56,703 nucleotides of DNA from assembly GCA_036380695.1 (NCBI GenBank), contig DASVEG010000023.1:1-56703 (forward strand), read 5' to 3'. This DNA comes from Acidimicrobiales bacterium (lineage in GTDB: Bacteria; Actinomycetota; Acidimicrobiia; Acidimicrobiales; CADCTF01). Position numbers and translations under genes: made by a program. Every line of letters starts with the position of its first letter. The first letter of the stretch is position 1. Shown in pieces: positions 48,562-56,703 of the stretch. The notes beneath the pieces are model-generated. The model was not told where the DNA came from. It made no database searches and saw only the letters and a program-made list of their open reading frames with translations.

Positions 48562-49352
48562 TGGCACCGCGACGCGCACTGGTCCGCCGGCCAGGCCCAC
48601 GGCTCGACGAGGGCATCGTCACCAACATCGCCCGCGTACCCGTCGATGACCGGCTGGCGGTCGAGCAGTGGGATCGGTACCTCGCGGCGTTCGCCTCGAG
48701 CGGGTGGGACCTCTTGGAGGTCCCACCCGCCGACGACTGCCCGGACGCCGTCTTCGTCGAAGACGCGATGGTCGTCTTCCGCAACGTGGCGGTCATCACG
48801 CGACCGGGTGCGGAGTCTCGGCGGCCGGAGACCGTGGAGATCGACAAGGTCGCCGAGTCGCTCGGGCTCTCCCTCAACCGCATCGTGGCTCCGGGGACGC
48901 TCGACGGCGGTGACGTGCTCAAGGTGGGCAACACGATCTACGTCGGCCGCGGGGGCCGCACGAACGCCGAGGGCGTGAAGCAGCTCCGAGCCATCCTCAC
49001 CCCGCTCGGGGCGACGGTTGTCGCGGTGCCGGTCCGCAAGGTGCTCCACCTGAAGTCGGCGGTCACCGCCCTGCCGGACGGATCTGTTGTCGGCTTCCCG
49101 CCTCTCGTCGACGACCCTGCGTTCTTCCCTCACTTCGTGCCCGTGCCGGAGGAGTCGGGTGCGCACGTCGTCGATCTCGGAGGCGGGCGCGTGCTGATGG
49201 CGGCGGACTGTCCCGAGAGCGCACGGCTCGTCGGGTCGCTGGGCTACGACGTGGTGGCTGTCGACATCAGCGAGTACCAGAAGCTCGAGGGATGCGTGAC
49301 GTGCCTGTCGGTCCGCATCCGCGCGATGCACGGCAGCGGGGGGTTTCGGTGA
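48561..49352 (+). CDS. amidinotransferase / dimethylarginine dimethylaminohydrolase (DDAH)-family protein
   Basis: PDAVFVEDAMVV...LDGGDVLKVG...LHLKSAVTAL...LEGCVTCLS catalytic Cys. GTG start overlaps the arcD stop. Confidence 0.8.
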   Translation: MAPRRALVRRPGPRLDEGIVTNIARVPVDDRLAVEQWDRYLAAFASSGWDLLEVPPADDCPDAVFVEDAMVVFRNVAVITRPGAESRRPETVEIDKVAESLGLSLNRIVAPGTLDGGDVLKVGNTIYVGRGGRTNAEGVKQLRAILTPLGATVVAVPVRKVLHLKSAVTALPDGSVVGFPPLVDDPAFFPHFVPVPEESGAHVVDLGGGRVLMAADCPESARLVGSLGYDVVAVDISEYQKLEGCVTCLSVRIRAMHGSGGFR

Positions 49353-50206
49353 AGCGGATCGTCGTCGGCGTCGACTCCTCACCTGAGGCTGCCGCCGCCC
49401 TGCGGTGGGCTTGTCGCGAGGGGAGGCTGCGCGACGTCGAGGTCGTGGCCGTGATGGCGTGGGGATACCTCGACCAGTACCGCGGGCTGTCGCAGTTCGA
49501 GCCATATGCCGATCAGACCAGCGCCTCGGCAGCGCTCGAACGGTTCACCCGCGACACCGTCGGGCCGGACGACGCCGCGCGGCTCCAGCTGCACGCCGTC
49601 GACGGGTTCGCGTCAGGAGCTCTGCTCGAGGCTGCCGAGGACGCGGCGCTGCTCGTGGTCGGTGCTCGCGGCGCGGGAGGCTTCGCGGCGCTGCGGCTCG
49701 GCTCGGTGAGCAGGCAATGCCTCCACCATTCGCCGTGCCCGGTGACGATCGTCCGGGCGGGTCAACCTCCGGGTACGACCGGCGTCGAGCACATCGTCGT
49801 CGGCTTCGACGGATCCGAGTCGTCGCACGAGGCTCTCGCGTGGGCGCTCGACGAAGCGCGCCTGCGATCAGCACGAGTCACGGTCGTCCACGCCTGGACT
49901 CCGGCGATCGTCGGGAGTCACCCGTATGGCGTGGCCGCACTGGATCCCCTCCCCATCGAGTCGGCCGCCCGTCGGGCCCTCGACGCCGCAATCTCGAACG
50001 CCGACACGAGCGACATCCCTGGCATCCGGGCCGTCACGCCGTGCGGCCCACCGGCGCGCGCACTGGTCGAGTATGCGGACGGTGCCGACCTGCTCGTCGT
50101 CGGATCGCGCGGCGCCGGCCCGCTCGCGAGGCTGGTGCTGGGATCCGTCGCCGATCACGTTGCGCACCACGCGCCATGTCCCGTCGTCGTGTACCGGCGC
50201 CAGTGA
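49349..50206 (+). CDS. tandem universal stress protein
   Basis: Two Usp units: IVVGVDSSPEA...LLVVGARGAGGF...GSVSRQCLHHSPCPV and IVVGFDGSESS...LLVVGSRGAGPL...GSVADHVAHHAPCPV. Confidence 0.85.
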   Translation: MKRIVVGVDSSPEAAAALRWACREGRLRDVEVVAVMAWGYLDQYRGLSQFEPYADQTSASAALERFTRDTVGPDDAARLQLHAVDGFASGALLEAAEDAALLVVGARGAGGFAALRLGSVSRQCLHHSPCPVTIVRAGQPPGTTGVEHIVVGFDGSESSHEALAWALDEARLRSARVTVVHAWTPAIVGSHPYGVAALDPLPIESAARRALDAAISNADTSDIPGIRAVTPCGPPARALVEYADGADLLVVGSRGAGPLARLVLGSVADHVAHHAPCPVVVYRRQ

Positions 50207-50244
50207 CGATGGACGCGGACCCCGCCTTCGCTACGCCGACGACA

Positions 50245-50258
50245 AGGCCGATCGGCCC
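50245..50258 (+). promoter_or_regulatory. weak DosR-box-like motif
   Basis: AGGCCGATCGGCCC, 57 nt before ATG 50316. Weakest match listed. Confidence 0.3.
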
Positions 50259-50315
50259 TACTCGTGCGGAGCGACCCGGGTCACGGTGACAAGGGGGGAG
50301 AAAGGAGACACGAAG

Positions 50316-50591
50316 ATGCCGACCCCGACACTCGAGGCCTACAAGAGGGCGGAGGTCACCGCGGCCAAGGAGGAGAGCCGCCGCGGCTTCACCGTCCACC
50401 TCGTGATCACCCTCATCGTGTGGGCGATCCTGATCGCGGTCAACGTGTTCGTCGCCTCGGAGTTCCCGTGGTCGATCTTTCCGGTCGTCGGTATGACGAT
50501 CGGGCTGCTCGCCCACTGGTACTTCGGCGTGGTGCACGTCGACGCGAGCGTGCAGAAGCACCAGCGCGACATCGAGCGGCGCGCTGCGTAG
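50316..50591 (+). CDS. 2TM-domain small membrane protein
   Basis: AAAGGAGA lies 7 nt upstream of the ATG. RRGFTVHLVITLIVWAILIAVNVF...PWSIFPVVGMTIGLLAHWY. Confidence 0.75.
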   Translation: MPTPTLEAYKRAEVTAAKEESRRGFTVHLVITLIVWAILIAVNVFVASEFPWSIFPVVGMTIGLLAHWYFGVVHVDASVQKHQRDIERRAA

Positions 50592-50600
50592 CGACGTGAG

Positions 50601-50640
50601 CGGCGACGCCGTCGGCCCGGTTGCCGGGTCACGGCGTCGC
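50601..50640 (+). terminator. long GC-rich hairpin after the 2TM gene
   Basis: ggcgacgccgt...cccgg-ttg-ccggg...acggcgtcgcc, 10 nt after stop 50591. Confidence 0.5.
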
Positions 50641-50750
50641 CGTTCCGCGCTGCGACCGCGACGAGGTAGCCGGGACGTTTGGCACTGTGTCGTCGATCGT
50701 CCGGACCGCACCGTCGAACCTGTACTCGCTCTCATGTGGAGGTGGTTGGG

Positions 50751-51473
50751 ATGCCGGTTCCTACTTCAGGTGTCGCATGGTGGGGCTCGCTCCTGTGGCT
50801 CGCGGCGGTCACGGTTGCGGCGTTCGGCGTCGCGTGGGTCACGGGGACTCGCCTCCACGTTCGCCGTGCCGCGTACATCCCGATCCTGCTGATCGTCACC
50901 GCTGCGCTCTGGATCGGCTACGTCGACTGGCTCGGCCTGGACGTAGGCGATGCCGCGACCAACCGTTGGGACTGGGGCGTTGCCGGCGGGCTAGTCGCAG
51001 GTTTTGCCCTCGCTGCCGCGGTCAGGACCCAACCCGTCGACCGGCACGTCGCACGGCGCGAGCTTCCGCTGACCCTTGCGTGGGAGGGCGTGGTCTACGG
51101 CATCGGAGAGGGGATGTTGCTCGCGGGCCTGCCCGCGTTCGTCGCGTGGCAGATGGTGCACTCGCTCGGGTGGGGCGGGTTCCCCGGCGCTCTGGCTCGC
51201 TGGACGCTCCCGGTGGTGGCCGCCGCGGTCGTCATCGTCACGCACCACCTCGGCTACTGGCACTGCAGGGGCCGCATCCTGCTCCCGATCACGCTCGCCT
51301 GCAGCGTGCTCACGATCGCCTACCTGCTGACGGGGAGCTTCGTGGCGCCGGTGGTCGGCCACGTCGTCATGCACTTCGGTGCGGTGCTCCACGGCGTGGA
51401 GATGCCGCCCGTCGATCGTCCCGCGCGAGGCACCGGCGCTCGCGGGCGACGTCCGGCCAGGTTGGCCGCGTGA
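50751..51473 (+). CDS. hypothetical polytopic membrane protein
   Basis: GGAGGTGG lies 4 nt before ATG 50751. About 6 TM helices. Conserved-looking EG...HH.GYWH residues. Confidence 0.65.
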   Translation: MPVPTSGVAWWGSLLWLAAVTVAAFGVAWVTGTRLHVRRAAYIPILLIVTAALWIGYVDWLGLDVGDAATNRWDWGVAGGLVAGFALAAAVRTQPVDRHVARRELPLTLAWEGVVYGIGEGMLLAGLPAFVAWQMVHSLGWGGFPGALARWTLPVVAAAVVIVTHHLGYWHCRGRILLPITLACSVLTIAYLLTGSFVAPVVGHVVMHFGAVLHGVEMPPVDRPARGTGARGRRPARLAA

Positions 51474-51494
51474 CCGGCGCGGCTCCGGAAGGTC

Positions 51495-51508
51495 GGGACC
51501 AATGGCCC
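51495..51508 (+). promoter_or_regulatory. DosR-box-like motif
   Basis: GGGACCAATGGCCC, 50 nt before ATG 51559. Confidence 0.6.
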
Positions 51509-51558
51509 TGCCGGGCGAGCCGACGCGACCGGACGCTCGATCCAAGGAGGGAGGGGCG

Positions 51559-51948
51559 ATGCATCGGAGCATGCTGGTAACGGGGCAACTGGACTTGTCG
51601 CTCGAAGAGGTGCTGGGGACCTTGGCTGCGCCGTCCGCGGCCGAGCTGCTGCGCAGCTCGCTGGCGGATGCGGTGGGTGTTGGGGGACCAGCGGTGGTGT
51701 TCTCGGTATCCGAACCCGAACGGATCGCGGCCAATTCCGGCCGAGTCAAGGTGCGGTGGCGCTCCGACGACCGTCAGTCGGCGCCGCCCGACGGTGAGGT
51801 GTCGGTGTACGTGTTCGCCCTCCGGTCGGGGAGTGAGCCGCTCACCGAGCTCGCCGTGACCATGAACGTCGACGACGTGCGCGCGACTCGGGCTGCCGCC
51901 ACCATGCACCGCGTCTTGGACGCGGTGGCTGAACGGCTCGAGCGGTGA
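51559..51948 (+). CDS. hypothetical 129-aa protein
   Basis: AAGGAGGGAGG lies upstream of the ATG. The ORF is in a high-GC3 frame. Confidence 0.6.
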   Translation: MHRSMLVTGQLDLSLEEVLGTLAAPSAAELLRSSLADAVGVGGPAVVFSVSEPERIAANSGRVKVRWRSDDRQSAPPDGEVSVYVFALRSGSEPLTELAVTMNVDDVRATRAAATMHRVLDAVAERLER

Positions 51949-51949
51949 G

Positions 51950-51963
51950 AGGACCTCCGGCCC
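51950..51963 (+). promoter_or_regulatory. degenerate DosR-box-like motif
   Basis: AGGACCTCCGGCCC, 108 nt before 52072. Confidence 0.4.
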
Positions 51964-52071
51964 TGAGCCGATCGAGGGTGCCTTCCGACCGTTCGTTGCA
52001 TGACGGCATCCCCATCGTCCATCGGCGGCGCACGGCAGAGGGCTGACTAGCTCGCCATCTGCGGCTCTGCG

Positions 52072-52590
52072 ATGGCACTCAGGCTGTGGAGCTTCGTCGC
52101 GCCCGGCCGTGTCGGGAGCGAGGATCGACTTCGCGGCCGAGCCCCCGCGGAGTTCGCCCCCTACGACTCGGCGCTGCGCGCCGCGCTTGGCAGCCGCGAG
52201 CACGTGATGACGTTGCGCGCGACGGAGAAGGTCATCGAGGTCGCGCATGGTGTCACGCAGGAGCTGTGGACGTTCGACGACCAGGTTCTGGGGCCGACGC
52301 TCCGTGGCAAGGTAGGCGACAATCTTCACCTGACGAACGAGGGCAAGATCGGGCACTCGATCGACTTCCACACCAGCAATGTGGTGTGGAACGACGAGAT
52401 GCACCATCGCTCCGGGGAAGTCGCTCGTCACCAGTACGAGGCAAAGTACGCCGGCATCTTCATGTACCACTGCGGGACCGCGCCGTCGCTGCTCTACCCG
52501 ATCGTCACGCAGAAGGTCGCGAACGTCGGGAAGGGCGCGCTGGGGGTCTTCCAGGCCGGGGACGTCCAGTCGACGGGCGCCAGGTACTGA
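52072..52590 (+). pseudogene. copper nitrite reductase / multicopper-oxidase-like cupredoxin fragment
   Basis: LWTFDDQVLGPTLRGKVGDNLHLTNEGKIGHSIDFH...GIFMYHCGTAP matches domain 1 of NirK-type proteins. The ORF ends about 25 aa later, with no second domain. Confidence 0.45.
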
Positions 52591-52623
52591 GCCGTGCTGC
52601 CCGTCGCCGTGTTCGGCGCGGCG

Positions 52624-53091
52624 TCAGGATCTGCGGCGCTGGATGCCATGTTCGTCTGCGTCCAGCTCGGCTGACAGCCCTAGCCGGTCGTGCACGATCC
52701 GCCGTCCGGAGATGTGGCCGGGCTCGATGCGCACGAGGGCGTTGCGCGTGCCGTCGACGTAGGGGGTGAGCCGCCGGGCCAACTCGGTGAAGGCGGCGTC
52801 GGGCAGCTGCACGACCGTCGCCCGCCCCACCAACAGAACGCTCCATCCGGACCGGTCGCGCCCGTCGAAGTCGTCGACCTCGAACGCAACGACGTTGTTG
52901 GCGACCGCCGCGGACAGCTTCGAGCCAGGCGACGTACGGAACAGGATCGTGTCGTCCAGCCACAGGTAGTTCACGGGGAAGATCGCGGGCATCGCACCCA
53001 TCGTGATGCCGAGGCGCCCGACGGTTTGGCGCGCGAGTAGTGCTCTCGCGTCTTCCTCGCGCAAGATCTCGAGTCCTTCGTCGACCAGCAT
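52624..53091 (-). CDS. pyridoxamine 5'-phosphate oxidase (PNPOx)-family protein
   Basis: LREEDARALLARQTVGRLGIT...IFPVNYLWLDDTILFRT...GWSVLLVG. Paralogue of 24257-24715. Confidence 0.8.
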   Translation of the reverse strand: MLVDEGLEILREEDARALLARQTVGRLGITMGAMPAIFPVNYLWLDDTILFRTSPGSKLSAAVANNVVAFEVDDFDGRDRSGWSVLLVGRATVVQLPDAAFTELARRLTPYVDGTRNALVRIEPGHISGRRIVHDRLGLSAELDADEHGIQRRRS

Positions 53092-53126
53092 CTGCTCAAC
53101 ATGCGGACGTGACGACGACGCGGCCA

Positions 53127-53140
53127 GGGCCGAAGGTCAC
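53127..53140 (-). promoter_or_regulatory. degenerate DosR-box-like motif
   Basis: GGGCCGAAGGTCAC (reverse complement GTGACCTTCGGCCC), 35 nt upstream of ATG 53091. Confidence 0.5.
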
Positions 53141-53760
53141 AACCGGTTCTGACGGCGCGGGCAAGTGACGCGCGCTGCGGTTGCTGCCGCGATTCCTGCG
53201 TCCCACCCCGGCGCCCGCGCCCGCGGCGGGAGGCTGATCGCGCCCGCGTCGACGCCGGCAGTGACGAGCGCCCACGAGATGATGGAGTTGCAGCTCCACA
53301 TGTCGCCTACGGAGAGCTCGTCTCTGCCCCAGACGAGGGTAGGGACGTGGGGGAGCGCGTCGAAGACTCGGTGCGCGACGCTCAGGTCGCGCGCGACCCG
53401 TATGGGGCTGGCGACGGCATAAGCGAGGTCGGGCACGACGCCGTCGCGCCAGCGCCGGACCTCATAGGCGAACAGCCGGAGGCGACCGAGCATCGTCGAC
53501 CCGACCGCCCCTCGCGCGACGACGCCGCGGCGCTCGCCGTCTCGGTCGGGAACCGGTGTCATCTCGACCCAGTAGTGGCCGGACGGCAAGTGGAGCTCGA
53601 GTACCGAGTGGTAGAGATCGCAGCGCGTCCGCCGCTGGATGGTTGCGACCACGGTTTCGTAGACGATGCCGTTGAGGCGCACCGAGTGCTGGCCGGCACC
53701 GAGCGGGATCCAGTAGAGGTCGACGGCAGCGCGTCCCGGGTCAGGTGCGGACGAAATCAT
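53137..53760 (-). CDS. hypothetical conserved protein (207 aa)
   Basis: ORF reading VDLYWIPLGAGQHSVRLNGIVYE...LYHSVLELHLP. No domain recognised. Confidence 0.65.
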   Translation of the reverse strand: MISSAPDPGRAAVDLYWIPLGAGQHSVRLNGIVYETVVATIQRRTRCDLYHSVLELHLPSGHYWVEMTPVPDRDGERRGVVARGAVGSTMLGRLRLFAYEVRRWRDGVVPDLAYAVASPIRVARDLSVAHRVFDALPHVPTLVWGRDELSVGDMWSCNSIISWALVTAGVDAGAISLPPRARAPGWDAGIAAATAARVTCPRRQNRL

Positions 53761-54250
53761 GCGTCCTCGGCTGCCGCACCTGCGGAGCGGCGGCGCCGAC
53801 TCCAAATGTGGCGCGCCGTTCCGCGCGGAGCAGCGTGGTGAGCGCGGCGATCATCGGGATCGACCACAGGTAGAAACCCCAGCCGAAGCTGAGGAGCGCG
53901 ACGTGGAACGCGATTGCGGCCGCGTACGCCACCTGGGTTCGCCGCCCGCCGCTAATGGCGAGAAGGCCAACCGAGCCTTCGAGCGCGATCAACAGGGAAA
54001 TCCACACGTCGTGGTTCGGCACCACGAGTGACTGCCACGTGTCGCGCACGAAGGGGATGTAGGAGCCGTCGGCGAAGTCGGCATAGTCATCGCCGCGCGC
54101 CAGGAAGAAGCCGTTCACTGCGGCCCCTGCACCGATGTAGAGGGCGGCGACACCTACGCGGCCCACGCGAACGGCGGCTGCGTCTCGGCGTGACCAGATC
54201 GCGGCAGCAACGATGATGCCGGCGCATCCGACCCACAGGAACCGAAGCAT
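53741..54250 (-). CDS. hypothetical membrane protein (about 5 TM helices)
   Basis: ATG 54250 is preceded by TGGGAGGTGGTC. Confidence 0.6.
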   Translation of the reverse strand: MLRFLWVGCAGIIVAAAIWSRRDAAAVRVGRVGVAALYIGAGAAVNGFFLARGDDYADFADGSYIPFVRDTWQSLVVPNHDVWISLLIALEGSVGLLAISGGRRTQVAYAAAIAFHVALLSFGWGFYLWSIPMIAALTTLLRAERRATFGVGAAAPQVRQPRTHDFVRT

Positions 54251-54660
54251 GACCACCTCCCACCGAAGGGTTCGCCAACCGGCGAGCACGCTTCGGCAGC
54301 TCCACGGTGCGACGGCTCGGCGAGCCGTCGTAAGGGGCGAACGACCCTACGGAGGCGCTGCTCACCACTCGTGTGACGACGCCCATCGCTCGGCGCGCGA
54401 TAGACGCCATCCTTGCGTTGTCAGCCGGGCGCGAACGAGTTCCACGACGGGAGGCAGGTCGCTCATGCAAGCCCACGAATCGGCCGGGTCGGTGAACGAC
54501 GAGGATCGGCTTCGTGCCGCCGCTCAAGACGAGGGCGATGCGTCGGCGTCTGACGGGTGACTTGGGTCCGCGGGTGACAGAGGCCTATGCCGCTCTCGGC
54601 AGCAACAAGTCCGCGGAAGCCAGGTCAAGTGGCCGATTGGGGCGTGGACTTCGTGCGCGT

Positions 54661-55170
54661 GTCGCCCCTCCGACACGCTCCAGGTCCACGCCCCCGACCT
54701 GTGCGCTGACCTGGATGTACTCGGCGTCACCCTCCCGGCGGTAGGTCAGCGTGATCCCGAGGGACGCGTAGACCTCGGCCCTGATCGTGGGGTCCGCGGA
54801 CTCCAGCAGGCGCGGCACGTTTCGGAGCGCTTCGAGCGTTGCCACCACCTCGTCGCCCGCAGAGGCGCGGGCGCGTCCGGGGGCTTGAGGATCGCCTCAG
54901 CAGCGACCATCTCTGACTGCGCCCTCCGCGTCCGCTCGGCGACGAGCGCGGCGTCGACGCCCGCCTCCAACGCCGCCGTGTGCCGCTCGATCTTCCGTCG
55001 AGCCTCCACGATCGTCTGACGAGCGGGATCGGAGGCGTCCGATGCCTACGGACGGGGTGCCGCGGCATCTCGTCGCGCGGACCGGAGCCGCGACCGACCG
55101 CGGCGGCGCTTGTCGGCGGCATCGGCTACCAGCACGACGACGCCCGACGCGAGCGCGACACTCCACCCGA
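54661..55170 (-). repeat. right copy of the inverted duplication (ATPase tail plus frameshifted recombinase 3' remnant), ending in a left-half copy (E) of the 50-bp site
   Basis: The minus strand reads PIGWSVALASGVVVLVADAADKRRR, MEARRKIERHTAALEAGVDAALVAERTRRAQSE and ADPTIRAEVYASLGITLTYRREGDAEYIQVSAQVGGVDLERVGG. Homology to copy B stops right after ggaggggcgac, at 54661. Confidence 0.8.
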
Positions 55171-56055
55171 TGGCGGTGAACGAACTCGTCGACGGTGGCC
55201 TGTAGGGGCACCGACTTCGACCTCAGGCCGCCGGCCACGGCGTCACGTGTCTCTTGCGGGCCGGGGTCGTCGTTGGTGATGACGTAGTCGAAGATCCCGC
55301 GCCTCCACTTCCCGTCCGCGCCGCACTGAACCTCCGTCGAAGGGCGGGCGCTCGCGGGCCGCGTCGTGGGCGTCGGCCGCCGGGGTCTTCGTCGTCGAGC
55401 CGCCGATGGTGGACAACGCGAACAGCCCTCCGGGCGCCGCCAGCGCGGCGGGGAACACCCACCACTGCCGCCGCCACCCGCTCTGGGTCACCGGTTCCTC
55501 GTCCGTCCCGATCGGCATCATCCGCGGCCTCTGTTCACTTCCTGCTCGATCGATGCACTACTACGCACGGAACTTCGAAAGGAGTCGGTGTATTGCGCCG
55601 GATACCTAGCTGGCTGGTCGTAGCGCTAAACCCAAAGGGCTGCCGCCAGCCGGACCGCTCCCTTCCTACTCGGGGACGCCACGGATCCGATTCTCACCGA
55701 CTCGGGCAGGACACCCGGAGCACGGGCCCGAGCGGCAACCCAAACGAACTCCTCCGCGGCGAGTTCGTCGCGTGCAGCACCCCCATCGGCACAGGTAAGG
55801 CCAGACGCCGGAGGAGGCGGAATGGTCGCCATATCTCGGACGATCGGTACGCCTTTCTGCCAGGAAACAGTGTTGTAGCGCGACCTATTGGCAAAAAGCG
55901 CGTGTCTGGCGGGCGTGTCCGGCGGGCTGGGCCGTCGATGCGGGCAGTTCGGCAGCGTGGGCCGCGACCGACGTCCCGGCTCGTTTCGTTTCGCGCCGCT
56001 CCGTCATGTAGCGGATGGACACGACGTTCGTGCCCTTCATTCCGGGAGGAGCTTC

Positions 56056-56703
56056 ATGCGCAACACCAACCGACGTCGCGTGGCGGCGGCGTTCTTCACA
56101 GTCATCGGGCTCGGCATCCTCATCGCGACGCCCGCCGGAGCCGTCAGCCAGGAATGGTCAGGCACCCTTACGACGAACTGCCACAAGAAGTTCGACGCTC
56201 ACGCCAAGGGCGGCATCAACGCCGGCAAGCAGTCAGGCATGAACAAGGGTGGCTGGGTGAGCTGGGGCGGCGTCACCGAGGCGTCCAACACGAGGTACTG
56301 GAGCGGTGGCGACGGCCCCGACCGCTCTTGCATCTACGGGGACTACTTCGTCGGCCTCGAGTACACCGTGAGCAACGACAGCGGCGTGTACAAGTCGGGC
56401 GCGGACTGGGGCACGTACAGCGCGAGCGTGTCCGGCTACATGGGTTCGCCCGGGCCAGGAACGCTCTGGATCTGGGACGGCACCCACAGCTGGGGCATCA
56501 ACGAGACGTACTACTGCGACTACGGCTGGATCCTCCGCACCCACGCCGAGGTAAACGTGCCGAGGTACAACGGCATGCCGACGGACGGCTTCGATGGCGG
56601 CAGCACCGGAGGCTCGGCCGACAACCTCGTCATCGACGCCCAGAACACGACGATCACCCTCGACTCGACGGCAGTCGACCCGTGGGTCAACACGCCAGAG
56701 GGC
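56056..56703 (+). CDS. secreted hypothetical protein, partial (runs off the window end)
   Basis: GGGAGGAG lies 4 nt before ATG 56056. Signal peptide is MRNTNRRRVAAAFFTVIGLGILIATPAGA. The frame stays open with high GC3 to 56703. It is absent from the ORF track because there is no stop codon. Confidence 0.7.
   Translation, partial: MRNTNRRRVAAAFFTVIGLGILIATPAGAVSQEWSGTLTTNCHKKFDAHAKGGINAGKQSGMNKGGWVSWGGVTEASNTRYWSGGDGPDRSCIYGDYFVGLEYTVSNDSGVYKSGADWGTYSASVSGYMGSPGPGTLWIWDGTHSWGINETYYCDYGWILRTHAEVNVPRYNGMPTDGFDGGSTGGSADNLVIDAQNTTITLDSTAVDPWVNTPEG

Noticed and set aside
47083-48600. 505-aa minus-strand ORF
   Set aside because: It is antisense to the APC permease, whose 12-TM pattern is clear on the plus strand.
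54290-54580. Short minus-strand ORF MSDLPPVVELVRARLTTQGWRLSRAERW (HTH-like), and track ORF 54087-54527
   Set aside because: The HTH-like ORF is only 34 codons before a stop. The longer track ORF is Arg-rich and low in complexity. The evidence is insufficient.
55190-55521. Possible gene remnant (92-aa ORF with a TM-like N-terminus; another frame reads IFDYVITNDD, like a guanylate kinase tail)
   Set aside because: The similarities are too short and are split across frames, so no call can be supported. This is probably junction debris next to the inverted duplication.

Overview
High-GC (roughly 70%) actinobacterial-type chromosomal segment, densely coding. Many long ORFs in the track are antisense shadows. 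I saw no rRNA, tRNA or CRISPR array. The window has two parts. (1) About 1.9-12.05 kb is a mosaic accessory region. It holds decayed genes (a PhyH-like gene, three large-serine-recombinase remnants, a P-type ATPase tail), orphan genes, a 1178-aa NACHT/STAND NTPase, and an HNH-nuclease/small-protein pair. Five copies of a ~50-bp sequence that equals the 3' end of the recombinase ORFs divide this region. They look like full, left-half and right-half att-like sites bounding cassettes. (2) The remaining ~42 kb reads like a hypoxia/dormancy-type regulon. It has a DevS/DevR-like GAF histidine kinase and LuxR response regulator. At least 18 oriented copies of a DosR-box-like motif, GGGAC-N4-GGCCC, lie upstream of operons, and seven of them sit exactly 35-36 nt from a start codon. 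The downstream genes include the arginine deiminase pathway (arcABC plus antiporter, DDAH-like and Usp), hemerythrin, PNPOx-family proteins, an Rv2004c-like kinase, adh plus a P-type ATPase, 2TM/DUF4389 membrane proteins and an ABC/FtsX exporter. Also present are Xre-RES and VapBC toxin-antitoxin pairs, a CsoR-type metal module, and a CstR-like persulfide module (MBL-rhodanese plus TauE). A ~510-bp inverted duplication (ATPase tail plus recombinase remnant) brackets ~48 kb. Several genes carry frame disruptions, which are either real decay or assembly indels. All calls come from reading the translations and the DNA by eye; no database search was run.
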